DNA from: Bugula neritina
Lineage: Eukaryota; Animalia; Bryozoa
Reading direction: 5' to 3'
Assembly: GCA_964035545.1 (NCBI GenBank)
Contig: OZ037768.1
Coordinates: 5,054,741 to 5,118,740 of the forward strand
Length of the DNA stretch: 64,000 nt
Each line of letters begins with the position of its first letter. Positions within the stretch are counted from its first letter, which is position 1. The notes under the pieces were generated by a model. That model was given only the letters and a program-made list of their open reading frames with translations, searched no databases and was not told where the DNA came from. A program made the translations under genes and the position numbers. This document shows, piece by piece, positions 10,801 through 18,652 of this stretch.

Positions 10801-13800
10801 CTGGCTATCCGGTTGCTGTTCACTCGGCAGTGGATAGTAGCTCTGGAGCGTCCGGGCACGGTGCAGTTTCGAACTACCTGGACACCGCCCACCAGAGGAC
10901 GCCCAAACTTATCCACACAGGCGAGTTCTCGCCCGCCCATCAGCACCACCGACTTGCTAAAGTCTATTCGGCACTGGTGTTGCTTCAAGAAGGGCATGCC
11001 GAGGATAGCATCTTCCTCCAGTTGGCTTATGACAAAGGTCTCCTGTACAGCCTGGTCTCGGACACGCCCGGGGAGCTCGATAATACCGTAAAAGGGAATA
11101 CATGACCCGTCTGCCAGGGTGCCATGTTCCCCCGTATACGGTCGTACTCTATCCCTGTCCCGGCGGGGCAGTGCTTCAAAGACTCTACGACTGAGAAGGT
11201 TGGTAGTACAACCGGAGTCGAGCAGGAAAGTGACGGCGTTGCCGGCCACCTTTCCGGGTAGGAAATAGCTCTCTCCATGTGGTTGTACTTTCACCCCCCC
11301 CGCATGTGCTGTTCTAGATTGGTAGGACGGCGGGGGTTTCACCCGTGGTTTGCGGGGTTTCCGGCGGCGAGGTTGATGCCGGCGGGGTTTGGGGCTCTCC
11401 ACTGGGCCTTCTGGCTCCATTTCAGTGGCGGGCTCCTCTTCCCGAGGTAACCGGTGGAACCGGTTGGCGAGTGGCAGGGAGAAGGTACTCGGCCGTTGTG
11501 CGGGCCTACTAGTCCTGCGTGGTACCTGCCACTCGGGGGGAGTGTTCCGTCGTGTCCGTACGGACAGACGGCGGCGTGTCCCACTATACTCCTTTAGTTG
11601 CGGCCCGCGGGGAGGGAGAGCGTCCGCGGGCCGTGACAGTTTAACGCCCCCTGGTATTGGGGTCGTCCTTGCTGTCCATGGTCTCGACCAGCACTACTCC
11701 AGTCTAGCCCCACAGGTGTTGGGGGCAACCGCAGGGCCTGACCGGGGCCAGCGCTGGCCAGAATTGTTACCAGCTGTCCCAGCATCTCTACCATGCGGTC
11801 CACTTCGGCTTCCAGCGGGGGGGCTTCGGGGCTTGTTGTAGCCCTGGCAGCACTGACTCCAACTACTGGTGGGTTCCGTTGTGCTCGATGCATTTGGGTA
11901 GCCAACAGGTAAGCTTCTCCAGCCTTCAGGGCATCTTCTATCCTGGTTATCCCTTTTGCTCGGAGCTGATGGTGTAGGCCCAGGTCGTTGAGTGACTGGA
12001 CAAAGGCGTCGTATGTGTAACGCTCTTGGTGTTGTGCGGGCAGATCGCCGTACGCAATCTGTGCTAGCTTCTTCACCGTCGCGGCATGTTCTTGCAGCGA
12101 GGTCCGCGGGGCGCGGCACAGCCTCTGTAGCTTAGTCCTAGCGTCTACTGCGGAGATACCAAAACGGGCCCGCAGCGCAGCCAGTATTCCGTTTACGTCC
12201 GTTCCCACTCCGTACGGCTTGGCTTGCTCCGTCAACGCCTTCCGCAATTGGATGAGGGCCACTCTATGCGGCCATTGAGCAATCTCCATTACTTCTCTAA
12301 ATTCTTGTATAAACTGTTCGACATCTTCTGACCCAGTAAAGGTGGGAGCTTTCAAGCAATATCTATACGCTTCTTCTCCCTCACGATTCACAGGATTAAC
12401 ATCATTTCTACGCTCACCTTCTACTGGGGGTGGTTGCATTCTAGCATTTTCAGTCTCCATCTTTGATGTGCACTATCCCACCGCTGCCACCACTGTTATG
12501 ATTTCCAGAATTAGGGTCGATGTGCAACCAAGAGAGTCTATTTATTACTAGAGAAACTTCACCGTGATAAGTCGAGTAGATATCGTTATATTTTAATACA
12601 AGAATACATAATAAAAACTAGTATACAACAGTTAATAATACGCACGTCTATTTAATTTACAGCACTATCCTCAACTGAGCTAGTAGCGCGAAGCTGCTAC
12701 TATTACTCATAAACAGCCTAGCTAATTGGCTAATACATTGTTCCGGGTCAATACGCAACCTTGCGTATTGTGTTGCTGGTAGCTCCACGAGCCACCACAA
12801 TATAACCAAAATCATTCCATGTTGGCTACAAAAACACGGTTTCATAGTAATGACTTTGGAAGTAATAAATAGCAATTACTGTAATCACAAGACAATTAAA
12901 TTTAAACAACCCAACAATTTTCATGAAAAATTACAAGTTATTGGAGAAAGTGGCACCTATTAAAAGTATCCCGTGAACCCATGAGCACTTTGAACTAAAA
13001 ATGTATAAAGCCTACGCCCTACAACATATATAGTCAAATTATAAAGCTGATCAGGCTTTAATATCCACACTTTTTGTAAGCTGTTAAAAATAGAATGATA
13101 AAACATTCCACGTGATTAACGGAATTATCAAATATACTGTATACCTGAATTAAAAGCAAGCAGTGCAGTCAAAATTAATCATTTTGCTTTAATTTTTTAT
13201 TAAATAAATAAGTCATATCAATATGCCATTTTTTTCCCAGTGCTATTATAAAATACCACTAACAGCCATACTACTATATGTATATATTAGTTTAACAATT
13301 TTCCAATAACATATATATTTTTTGTCTATACAAGGTTTTACCGGTAATACTATAGGCTGTTGTCATACATATTACTGAGTATATAAACCTTTGACATATT
13401 ATTATTTTTCTATTGAGATACTATTTTGATTTTTAATATTTTTGCCAATTTAAAAGCCCATTACTAGAAGCTCCTGAATTTTGAGGTAAGCTGAATAACT
13501 ATCAACTGTATACTCTGGCAGGGTTTATTATATTACAAGCAAAATATTTTTTGGTAGAACTTACTCCCAGCCCTTCATACATAAATCCTTTGCAATTATA
13601 GACCAGACTTATTGGTAAAAAATGTTATTGTAGACAAAATTCTATTGGTAAAGCGTAAAAAAAATGCATTTATATCAGAATTTAAATATACTGCACTGCC
13701 TATAGACTAAATTGATACCCAAACTAAAATAAGATTAGCATTGATCACATCAGCGACAGTACTTTGCTTCAAGTCTGAAACAAAGAGCATGATAATGATA

Positions 13801-13909
13801 ATAAATAATAATGATGTCTGTAATTATTGCTCACCTGACATCCTTTTTTGTGATGAAAGCCAACGACAATTATGTGCAGTAAAAGTTTAGAATCACATCT
13901 AGAAGTCAT
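958..13909 (-). CDS. AVL9: AVL9 late secretory pathway protein (DENN-like), 5' part. Exons 13835-13909, 3863-3983, 2998-3086, 2161-2232, 1397-1550, 958-1037; gene continues beyond the left edge
   Basis: Spliced translation MTSRCDSKLLLHIIVVGFHHKKGCQ|VEFSYPPL...WKHLPTLALPDGAHN...VYGVSCYRQIDAK|...DITRGTVQKSVCIL...KLELVTHAWFEQKDFTQ...KILVLFKLIMLERK matches recalled AVL9 motifs; GT-AG junctions with consistent phases. Confidence 0.93.
2878..2982. repeat. About 40-bp tandem duplication (2.5 copies) in an AVL9 intron
   Basis: tac...atag.taggtatc.gg..aaagtctaatatact repeated. Confidence 0.7.
5357..5662 (-). repeat. 3' LTR (306 bp)
   Basis: Direct repeat of 12494-12799; preceded by the PPT; AATAAA on the minus strand at 5404-5409. 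Confidence 0.97.
5663..5673 (-). promoter_or_regulatory. Polypurine tract
   Basis: GGAGGGGGCAG directly abuts the TG of the 3' LTR. Confidence 0.8.
5929..7002 (-). CDS. Retrotransposon ORF3: zinc-finger and coiled-coil protein of unknown function (357 aa)
   Basis: CNLCQQRFTTHRRLKVHLPQH (C2H2); CPCGEYSYNRDYLLRHQRTMQC (second, atypical finger); C-terminal heptad-like LREVEARAHDLEQEVYRL...LQESIKRMKR; lies between pol and the PPT. Confidence 0.8.
   Translation of the reverse strand: METSSMPVNSELIHQIESELLGTTFHVNDDEDTVMADGLLDLELDTVLGQSTHDSSVPRVHSKSCDSQASNSRQSLELCCKDPPRSNNNSTFVDTLAPVSPGMPSLEMAWDPEPAPTTSTTRQLPPQLEATSNWITPATEREIKTHRGGDGNRECNLCQQRFTTHRRLKVHLPQHYITTFCPCGEYSYNRDYLLRHQRTMQCFQGHVYEVDESSYPAFLNAIRPLITDPARLSRLEQGFPSPRPIISGAADKPIQSTNSPPHSPLRHPHTFPRVVLQRVDTKAYTLPPPLPSSERKRHRQQTSSRSSPLARNLREVEARAHDLEQEVYRLAPRVQAASSELKYLQESIKRMKRAARS
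7020..7853 (-). CDS. Integrase C-terminal region (GPY/F module and Pro/Glu-rich tail), in frame with pol but behind a TGA
   Basis: GDKV*MVNY...KLKPKFVGPYVI and ERGQRTRQPPAYLKDFV are typical Gypsy integrase-tail motifs; same frame as pol. Confidence 0.85.
   Translation of the reverse strand: MVNYRRRRGQADKLKPKFVGPYVIVEAMPNHTYKIERSGQVSIQNESRLKPYWASPDAVGEAPPLLEPRRQTTTRGRRRHGPEYEVVIPREENLVREERQLLPTEACPPPPSLIPSLPETEPVPEVQTPTEGGAPSGEQEEVIANGEVETPLEAPTNEPASVSPPLERGQRTRQPPAYLKDFVCDCIKSGTHESLGENRTIKCWSCEPHANINFCEGGIVGGINARKANSSDLVSQKRCSAFSYADIAKGRRISQPAPILPRTLSMDINTEFTGKPV
7854..11645 (-). CDS. pol: Pol polyprotein (protease, RT, RNase H, integrase), probably expressed as Gag-Pol by -1 frameshift
   Basis: FLLDSGC protease; YLDD RT; DTDAS RNase H; HHCC zinc finger and D-D-E integrase (VDLVGP / HSDQG / GVVERNN); the frame is open upstream of the ATG at 11420 as far as the gag overlap. 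Confidence 0.96.
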   Translation of the reverse strand, partial: VKLSRPADALPPRGPQLKEYSGTRRRLSVRTRRNTPPEWQVPRRTSRPAQRPSTFSLPLANRFHRLPREEEPATEMEPEGPVESPKPRRHQPRRRKPRKPRVKPPPSYQSRTAHAGGVKVQPHGESYFLPGKVAGNAVTFLLDSGCTTNLLSRRVFEALPRRDRDRVRPYTGEHGTLADGSCIPFYGIIELPGRVRDQAVQETFVISQLEEDAILGMPFLKQHQCRIDFSKSVVLMGGRELACVDKFGRPLVGGVQVVRNCTVPGRSRATIHCRVNSNRIARLGVVEGAHERIQLASSLNRLTERGEVLVQCVNPFTEPIELPAGSMLGRFHSVQEEDVGPSLGDATETPPRHPIQGRGAVPTHLRELYETACGGCASNKERQAMAKLLRDYGDVFSSGDHDVGLTGIVRHEIPLTAGTVPVRQPTRRLGPEKEKEVSRQVRDLLDRGLIEPAHSAWSSPVVLVRKKDGSWRFCVDYRKLNNVTIQDAYPLPRIDESLDALAGSKYFSTLDLLSGYWQVPLSPDAQEKAAFITRDGLWKWKVLPFGLTSAPATFQRLMEQVLSGLHWKTLLVYLDDVIVISPDFETHVSRLQEVFERLRGAGLKLKPSKCALLQPEVKYLGHVVGRNGMATDPEKVRAIEDWVTPQDLTGLRAFLGLVGYYRQYIPDFAGIAQPLNRLTAKGVTWQWTPVEQGAFDRLKGCLLTAPILAYPDPTLEYILDTDASDQNVGAVLSQVQEGREVVVAYYSKSLSPAERNYCTTRKELLAVIKSVKHFRPYLYGRKFRLRTDHALLIWLCKRAEPSSQVARWLEILAEFSYRIEHRPGKRHSNADGLSRRPEGGCKQCLNIERRDGGPPRCELETLAHHGAPFDWDQGQLRQEIDESPEVVQNLRANPVLADNVRELKKLQGELPGVVADIYRAKKEGRRPSEERIRQGCAEFRLYCQRWDSLRIGQDGLLTISLAANGRHPERKRVVCPTTIRRELIWDTHKQAHAGVKRVISKLRLRWYWPQMERDVRLRVKQCEICQASKHSRPPGETGRRRLYAGRPWQVVAVDLVGPMPLTPRGNSWILVLTDHFTRWADALAIPDASAPTVARALDQHVFCYFGLPEQIHSDQGAQFQSQLMSDLCHLWGVNQSRTTPYHPQGNGVVERNNRMLGDALRSLLLGRGQEEWDTVLPQVMRAYRSTPHTSTGETPNLLMLGRETRVPDHLTYHVPEQDNSVHEYASELVKRMKAAHEILREQQWKVRHEDSEEPPLYQTGDKV
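11594..12460 (-). CDS. gag: Gag (capsid) protein, 288 aa
   Basis: First ORF after the PBS; KAPTFTGSEDVEQFIQEF...W...L..AL...A capsid-like pattern; no intact CCHC knuckle. Confidence 0.88.
   Translation of the reverse strand: METENARMQPPPVEGERRNDVNPVNREGEEAYRYCLKAPTFTGSEDVEQFIQEFREVMEIAQWPHRVALIQLRKALTEQAKPYGVGTDVNGILAALRARFGISAVDARTKLQRLCRAPRTSLQEHAATVKKLAQIAYGDLPAQHQERYTYDAFVQSLNDLGLHHQLRAKGITRIEDALKAGEAYLLATQMHRAQRNPPVVGVSAARATTSPEAPPLEAEVDRMVEMLGQLVTILASAGPGQALRLPPTPVGLDWSSAGRDHGQQGRPQYQGALNCHGPRTLSLPAGRN
11601..11645 (-). promoter_or_regulatory. -1 ribosomal frameshift signal (G_TTA_AAC plus 10-bp hairpin)
   Basis: Heptamer 11645-11639 in gag phase; 5-nt spacer; perfect stem CGGCCCGCGG/CCGCGGGCCG; pol is in the -1 frame. 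Confidence 0.8.
12475..12492 (-). promoter_or_regulatory. Primer binding site complementary to the 3' end of tRNA-Leu
   Basis: TGGTGGCAGCGGTGGGAT, 1 nt after the 5' LTR, is the reverse complement of ATCCCACCGCTGCCA+CCA, the recalled 3' end of tRNA-Leu(AAG)-type tRNAs. Confidence 0.88.
12494..12799 (-). repeat. 5' LTR (306 bp)
   Basis: Direct repeat of 5357-5662 with no mismatch seen on manual comparison; AATAAA on the minus strand at 12541-12546. Confidence 0.97.
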
Positions 13910-14683
13910 ATCTAATTATCTTAAAGCTATTTTTAACCTTATTAAAGCTGTTTGGAGTTTCACAATAACAGTATGAGTATAAACAAAAACGTGAAAGAAA
14001 CCAGTTATTTTTTAACAATAACAGTTATTGCTCACAGTTTATATTGTGGTTTAATCGAAAAGGAATCTCTATTTATTTTGTGGCATGTTCATGTTGATAA
14101 CTATAAAAATTGCCTCAGACTAAATCAGTAATCCACCATAGGAATGAGTATGCAGAGTCAGAGTGCTTGCAATAATTAGATTTATTATGTGTATAACTAA
14201 TTCTAAAATATGCACATAGTCCTTATGACAGTCATAGTGATAACCTAAATCATGACGTGGAAGACTAAAGTCTAAGTGAGTGATTCAGATTGACGATCAT
14301 TTATGATTTAATGATGATCATAACGATAAATGTAATGACCTAGGCCTGGAGTAAGGGTGTTAAATAGAATCAATAGACCCCTCAGTTATTTTCATAACAT
14401 TTTAATAACTACGGTTAATGTTTTAAGTAACACATGTAAGATATTTTTCACCAAGTACTAACTACTACTTTCAGTTTCAGTCAGTGTTGATGTGTTAGGA
14501 GCATTCTCATTATGTTGTCCAAGCGGAAAACTTCCTAAGCCAAAATTCATGTTTAATATATATGCGATTATCGGGACAAAACCTTGACTACCGTTACAAA
14601 AAAAATATAACTGCGAGTTTAGTGTCATATAGCAAATCCATTATATATCAGCTTTAAAATCACCTACAATTGCAATTAGTTCT

Positions 14684-14872
14684 ATAAGCAGCCCCAAGTT
14701 TAGAGTGAATGAGTGCAGTAGTTTGCGTTTCTCGAGTTTAGAGTTGAGGTATCACTGAGCTGGAATAGTTAATATTATTGAGTTTATTGTGAGGTATATT
14801 AACACCCCCAATTTCAAACTTGAGAACTTTAAACTACTGCACTCAATCACCCGCAACTTGGAGCTCCTTATA
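14684..14872. mobile_element. Palindromic MITE-like element
   Basis: Imperfect terminal inverted repeats of about 65 bp (tataagcagccccaagt...gagtgcagtagttt / aaactactgcactc...acttggagctccttata) ending in TA; relatives at 33820-33962 and 33994-34087. Confidence 0.7.
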
Positions 14873-16566
14873 AAATTATTTTACAATTGCAGCAATGAAG
14901 TCTGCATCTAGAATACTAAAACTTTTCAACTTAGGTTCATTGAATTTGACTCGAACTTTTTTAATTTTATTATATATTAATATATTATATATATTTTTAT
15001 GGCATTGCTTGCACACTACTACAAATGGTCGCACTAATATAAATTAGAAATATTTATTATTGAATAAGCATTACAATTACTGAATTAGAATTGACAATGT
15101 GAATGTTATTTAGTTAATTTATTTTCTATCATTTTCATTATGATTATCATTATGATTATCATTATGATTATTGATTATCATAATGTAAACTACTACTAGT
15201 AGTAGTACTACAAGTACTACTAGTATTAGTACTAGGGGTTGTCACTTTAACTTTAAGTTTAACAATAACATTATCATTGACATTATGATTATGGACCACG
15301 GCGGTGAAAGGTGACCATTATGATTATTGATTATGATTATGCTTAAATTTAATGTCAATGATACCAGTGAGTGTGACTGTGAGACTTGAAGCATTTTTGA
15401 CTTTGAGATTGCTCGTTTTGTTATTGATTATCAATATCATTACCATTGTGACTGATAAGTCATAAAAGAAGAGCTGACGACTTTTTATTTAAGTTCGACT
15501 GTATTCATTATTGGATAAATTGGTTTATGATAATGATCATAGTGGAATTAGTATTACTATGAATATGAGTTAGTGACTAACACTATGTCTATATGTACTC
15601 TTATACTCCAGGTCTATAATAACAGTAATACTGATAGTCTGCAACTATTACTATAAGAGTATAACTATAAGTATAAATGAACTAATACTTATACTTATAG
15701 TTATACTAATAGGAATACTATGATTACTAGCTATTATTATTGCTGTTAGACATTAGTGATTATTATTACTAATACTAATAATCATTACATTAAATTTAAG
15801 TGGTTATTATTATCATTATGCTTATACTTATAGTTATTGGTGTTTTGATTTTTGTATCGCTTATTGTCATTGTGAGTGGAACTAAAAAATAAATGTAAAG
15901 TAACACCAATAGTGATAGCATAGCTTGACATGCTAATATTAGTAATAATAATGATTATTGTAAGTGTAAGTATCTGTATAGGGCTTGTAGTAGTAGAATA
16001 AGTATTACACTTGCTATTGATACTATCAGTGCTATTACCATTAGTATTGCAACCAAAAACTGCATAATGTAGTGCATGTATAAGTTATAACTAGTTAATT
16101 AAACTGTAAAACTACTAACAAAATAAAATTCAAGTGGAAAACGGAATAATCATGAGTCATGACATTCAAACTAGCTATTAATTCAATAATGGTAATTATT
16201 TATAATTCTAATATAGCTGTTGAAATGTTTTATGTTGATGTTTGATTATTGCATAACCAAATTAAGAATTTAAACTGGGTAGTCATCCAGAACCTAAAAT
16301 CTTTGCACTTATGGGCTATACCTCACCTCTTACCATACTGCTTGTCACTCTAACTCTTCTTTGTGCTTTCTCTTTTTAAAAAAGAATACAGTTTTTACTA
16401 GTGCTCCAAGTTTTCCACTGATGCAGTTTATATTAAGTTTCTAGGTTGCAACACTGAGCAAATTTAGCTTTCCACAATGTTTACCTATTGTTGGTGTTGC
16501 AGGTCTTTACTGATAATAAAAGCAAACTACAAATGGGCTATTTCTAGTTTTTAATAATACAAAGCT

Positions 16567-18319
16567 ATGATACAAGCACAAACAACAGTTGATGCTTCAG
16601 AACCACCCAGGCCTCTAACAGACTCTGAAAAAGAACACCTTGCTGCTGATGCAAGTGTTGTACCAGAGTTTAAGCAAAAGTGTCTAGAGCGAGATGCGCA
16701 GAAAAATTGGGATCTTTTTTATAAAAGAAACACAACAGCGTTTTATAAGGATCGCCACTGGACAAGTCGAGAGTTTCCTGAGCTGATTTCTGTAAGGTTT
16801 ATCTGTTGAAGATTTTTATGCTGTGTTTTCTATAGCTTTTATGCTTAATAAGTAGATGAAAATACCAATTTAGTATGCAATTTTTTGACCAACTCAGATT
16901 TGCAAATACATCAGATTGTGGTGATGGAAAATTGACATTGCTGTGTTATTTAGGAGTAAAGTTCATTTGCTATCTTTTAATGTCTAGCAATGTTTAGTAT
17001 AACAAAAAGCTTCATGAAGACTTGTTTTCCAACTGATTTTCAATGGTATTTATTATGATTTGTGCAGGGCCCTTTGGTACTTCTAGAAGCAGGATGTGGT
17101 GTTGGAAACTTCATATTTCCATTATTAGAAGAGAATCCACAGTTATTCATCTATGCCTGTGATTTCTCAAAAAGAGCAGTTGATTTTGTCAAGGTTTAGT
17201 AGTTTCATCAATTTTAAAACTGTTATTTTGTAGGTTAGAAATATAATGCATTAGGACAAAGCAAGATTTTTTAAGTTGTTTTCTGGTATGCACACGTGAG
17301 GATTACCCTTAAAATGCATGTAGGGCAACAAAGTTACATTAATAGATTATGTAAATTGAATTAATAGACATTATAAATTGTACATGCAATAAAATCCGAA
17401 TGATAGCAATAGTAAGGAAATTAACTATTTGGGTCTATTTTGAAACTTGGTTAACCGGTCATTGGCTAAGCCAACTCACATGTTTTTGTTGCCTGTTTTC
17501 AGGCCAATTCACCATGTCTAAATCATTGTTATTCTACAGAGTTTCTGCAGCATAATCATGATATTCTCTGACTCTTTACACAATGAAAAGATGAAAACAT
17601 TTTTTAGGCCAACGAAAATTACAAAGATTCTAGATGTTCAGCTTTCCAATGTGACATCACAAGTTCAGACTTGACAGACAATATTCCCAGTTCATCTGTG
17701 GATTTATGTAGTCTGATATTTGTTCTGTCTGCTATTCATCCAGATAAGATGGTTCAAGCGTTACAGAATATTCATAAGGTAACACAAGATGAAAATATAT
17801 AATGTTACTGTGGACTGCTGCTGAGCTTATTTTTTTCAAAACTTCTCTAAATGGTTTTTCCAACTATAAACTGATTAAAATTCTTGTCAGATGTACAATT
17901 AAAATGCATCAACAGTATTCTTCCTGTAACAATTAGCTATTATTTTCATTAGGTTTTAAAGGTTGGTGGACAAATTTTGCTAAGAGACTATGGGTTGTAT
18001 GACCATGCCATGTTACGATTCAAACCAGGTCATAAGCTGGGAGAGCATTTCTATGTAAGACAGGATTTTACTAGAGCTTACTATTTCTCACTAGGTATAA
18101 CTTTATATATGCAGGCAAACATGATGTTCAAATTACTCAACTAGATATATCTATGTAACTAAAAATCTGACGATTCTTTTAGGAGAGCTGAATAATATAT
18201 TTGCCAAAGCCGGATTTGAAGTTGTGGAAGCATCATATGTTGAAAGAAGAACTGTAAATAAGAAGGAAGGCATTGATGTGCCCAGAATATTTGTTCAGGG
18301 ACGATACAGTAAGATATAG
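16567..18319 (+). CDS. METTL6: tRNA N3-methylcytidine methyltransferase METTL6. Exons 16567-16791, 17068-17193, 17608-17778, 17953-18094, 18183-18319
   Basis: [27 protein letters not shown]; [11 protein letters not shown]; YACDFS; [12 protein letters not shown]; [13 protein letters not shown]; [16 protein letters not shown]; phases consistent. Confidence 0.95.
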
Positions 18320-18652
18320 ACAAAAGGAGTCTACCCAAGTTTGTATTAAATGCAATGAGAGAGAGTATGCATCTACAATCTACTCTTCGATGAATACACA
18401 AGCTAGAAATGTAGCAATTCAAACTTTGAACATAGCAATTGCTGAGAAGTATTCAGGTTGCTGTGGTTTGATGAAACATGTTCATGCTTATTGAAGTAAA
18501 TGGAGAGTTCCACAAAAAACTTCTTTCATTTATTTGAAACAAGAAACATTAAACAACTATAGTTACAATTTATACTTTTTATTATTGTTTTACACTAAAA
18601 TAAATTCAGTAACACCAACAGCTGTATGAATGCAATTTAATGTCAATTCCAT

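Larger units (their letters stand above)
5357..12799 (-). mobile_element. Full-length Ty3/Gypsy LTR retrotransposon in AVL9 intron 1 (gag, pol PR-RT-RH-IN, extra ORF3)
   Basis: TG...CA LTRs at 5357-5662 and 12494-12799; 4-bp TSD ATAT (5353-5356 and 12800-12803); PBS and PPT present; domain order PR-RT-RH-IN; sharp GC rise against the flanks. Confidence 0.97.

Noticed and set aside
10650-10900. Possible degenerate dUTPase-like insert after the protease
   Set aside because: Only a loose resemblance (VPGRS...VNP...IELPAGS); catalytic motifs are not recognisable
5951-12551. Many plus-strand and alternate-frame ORFs inside the retrotransposon
   Set aside because: Shadow ORFs of GC-rich coding sequence with no recognisable motifs
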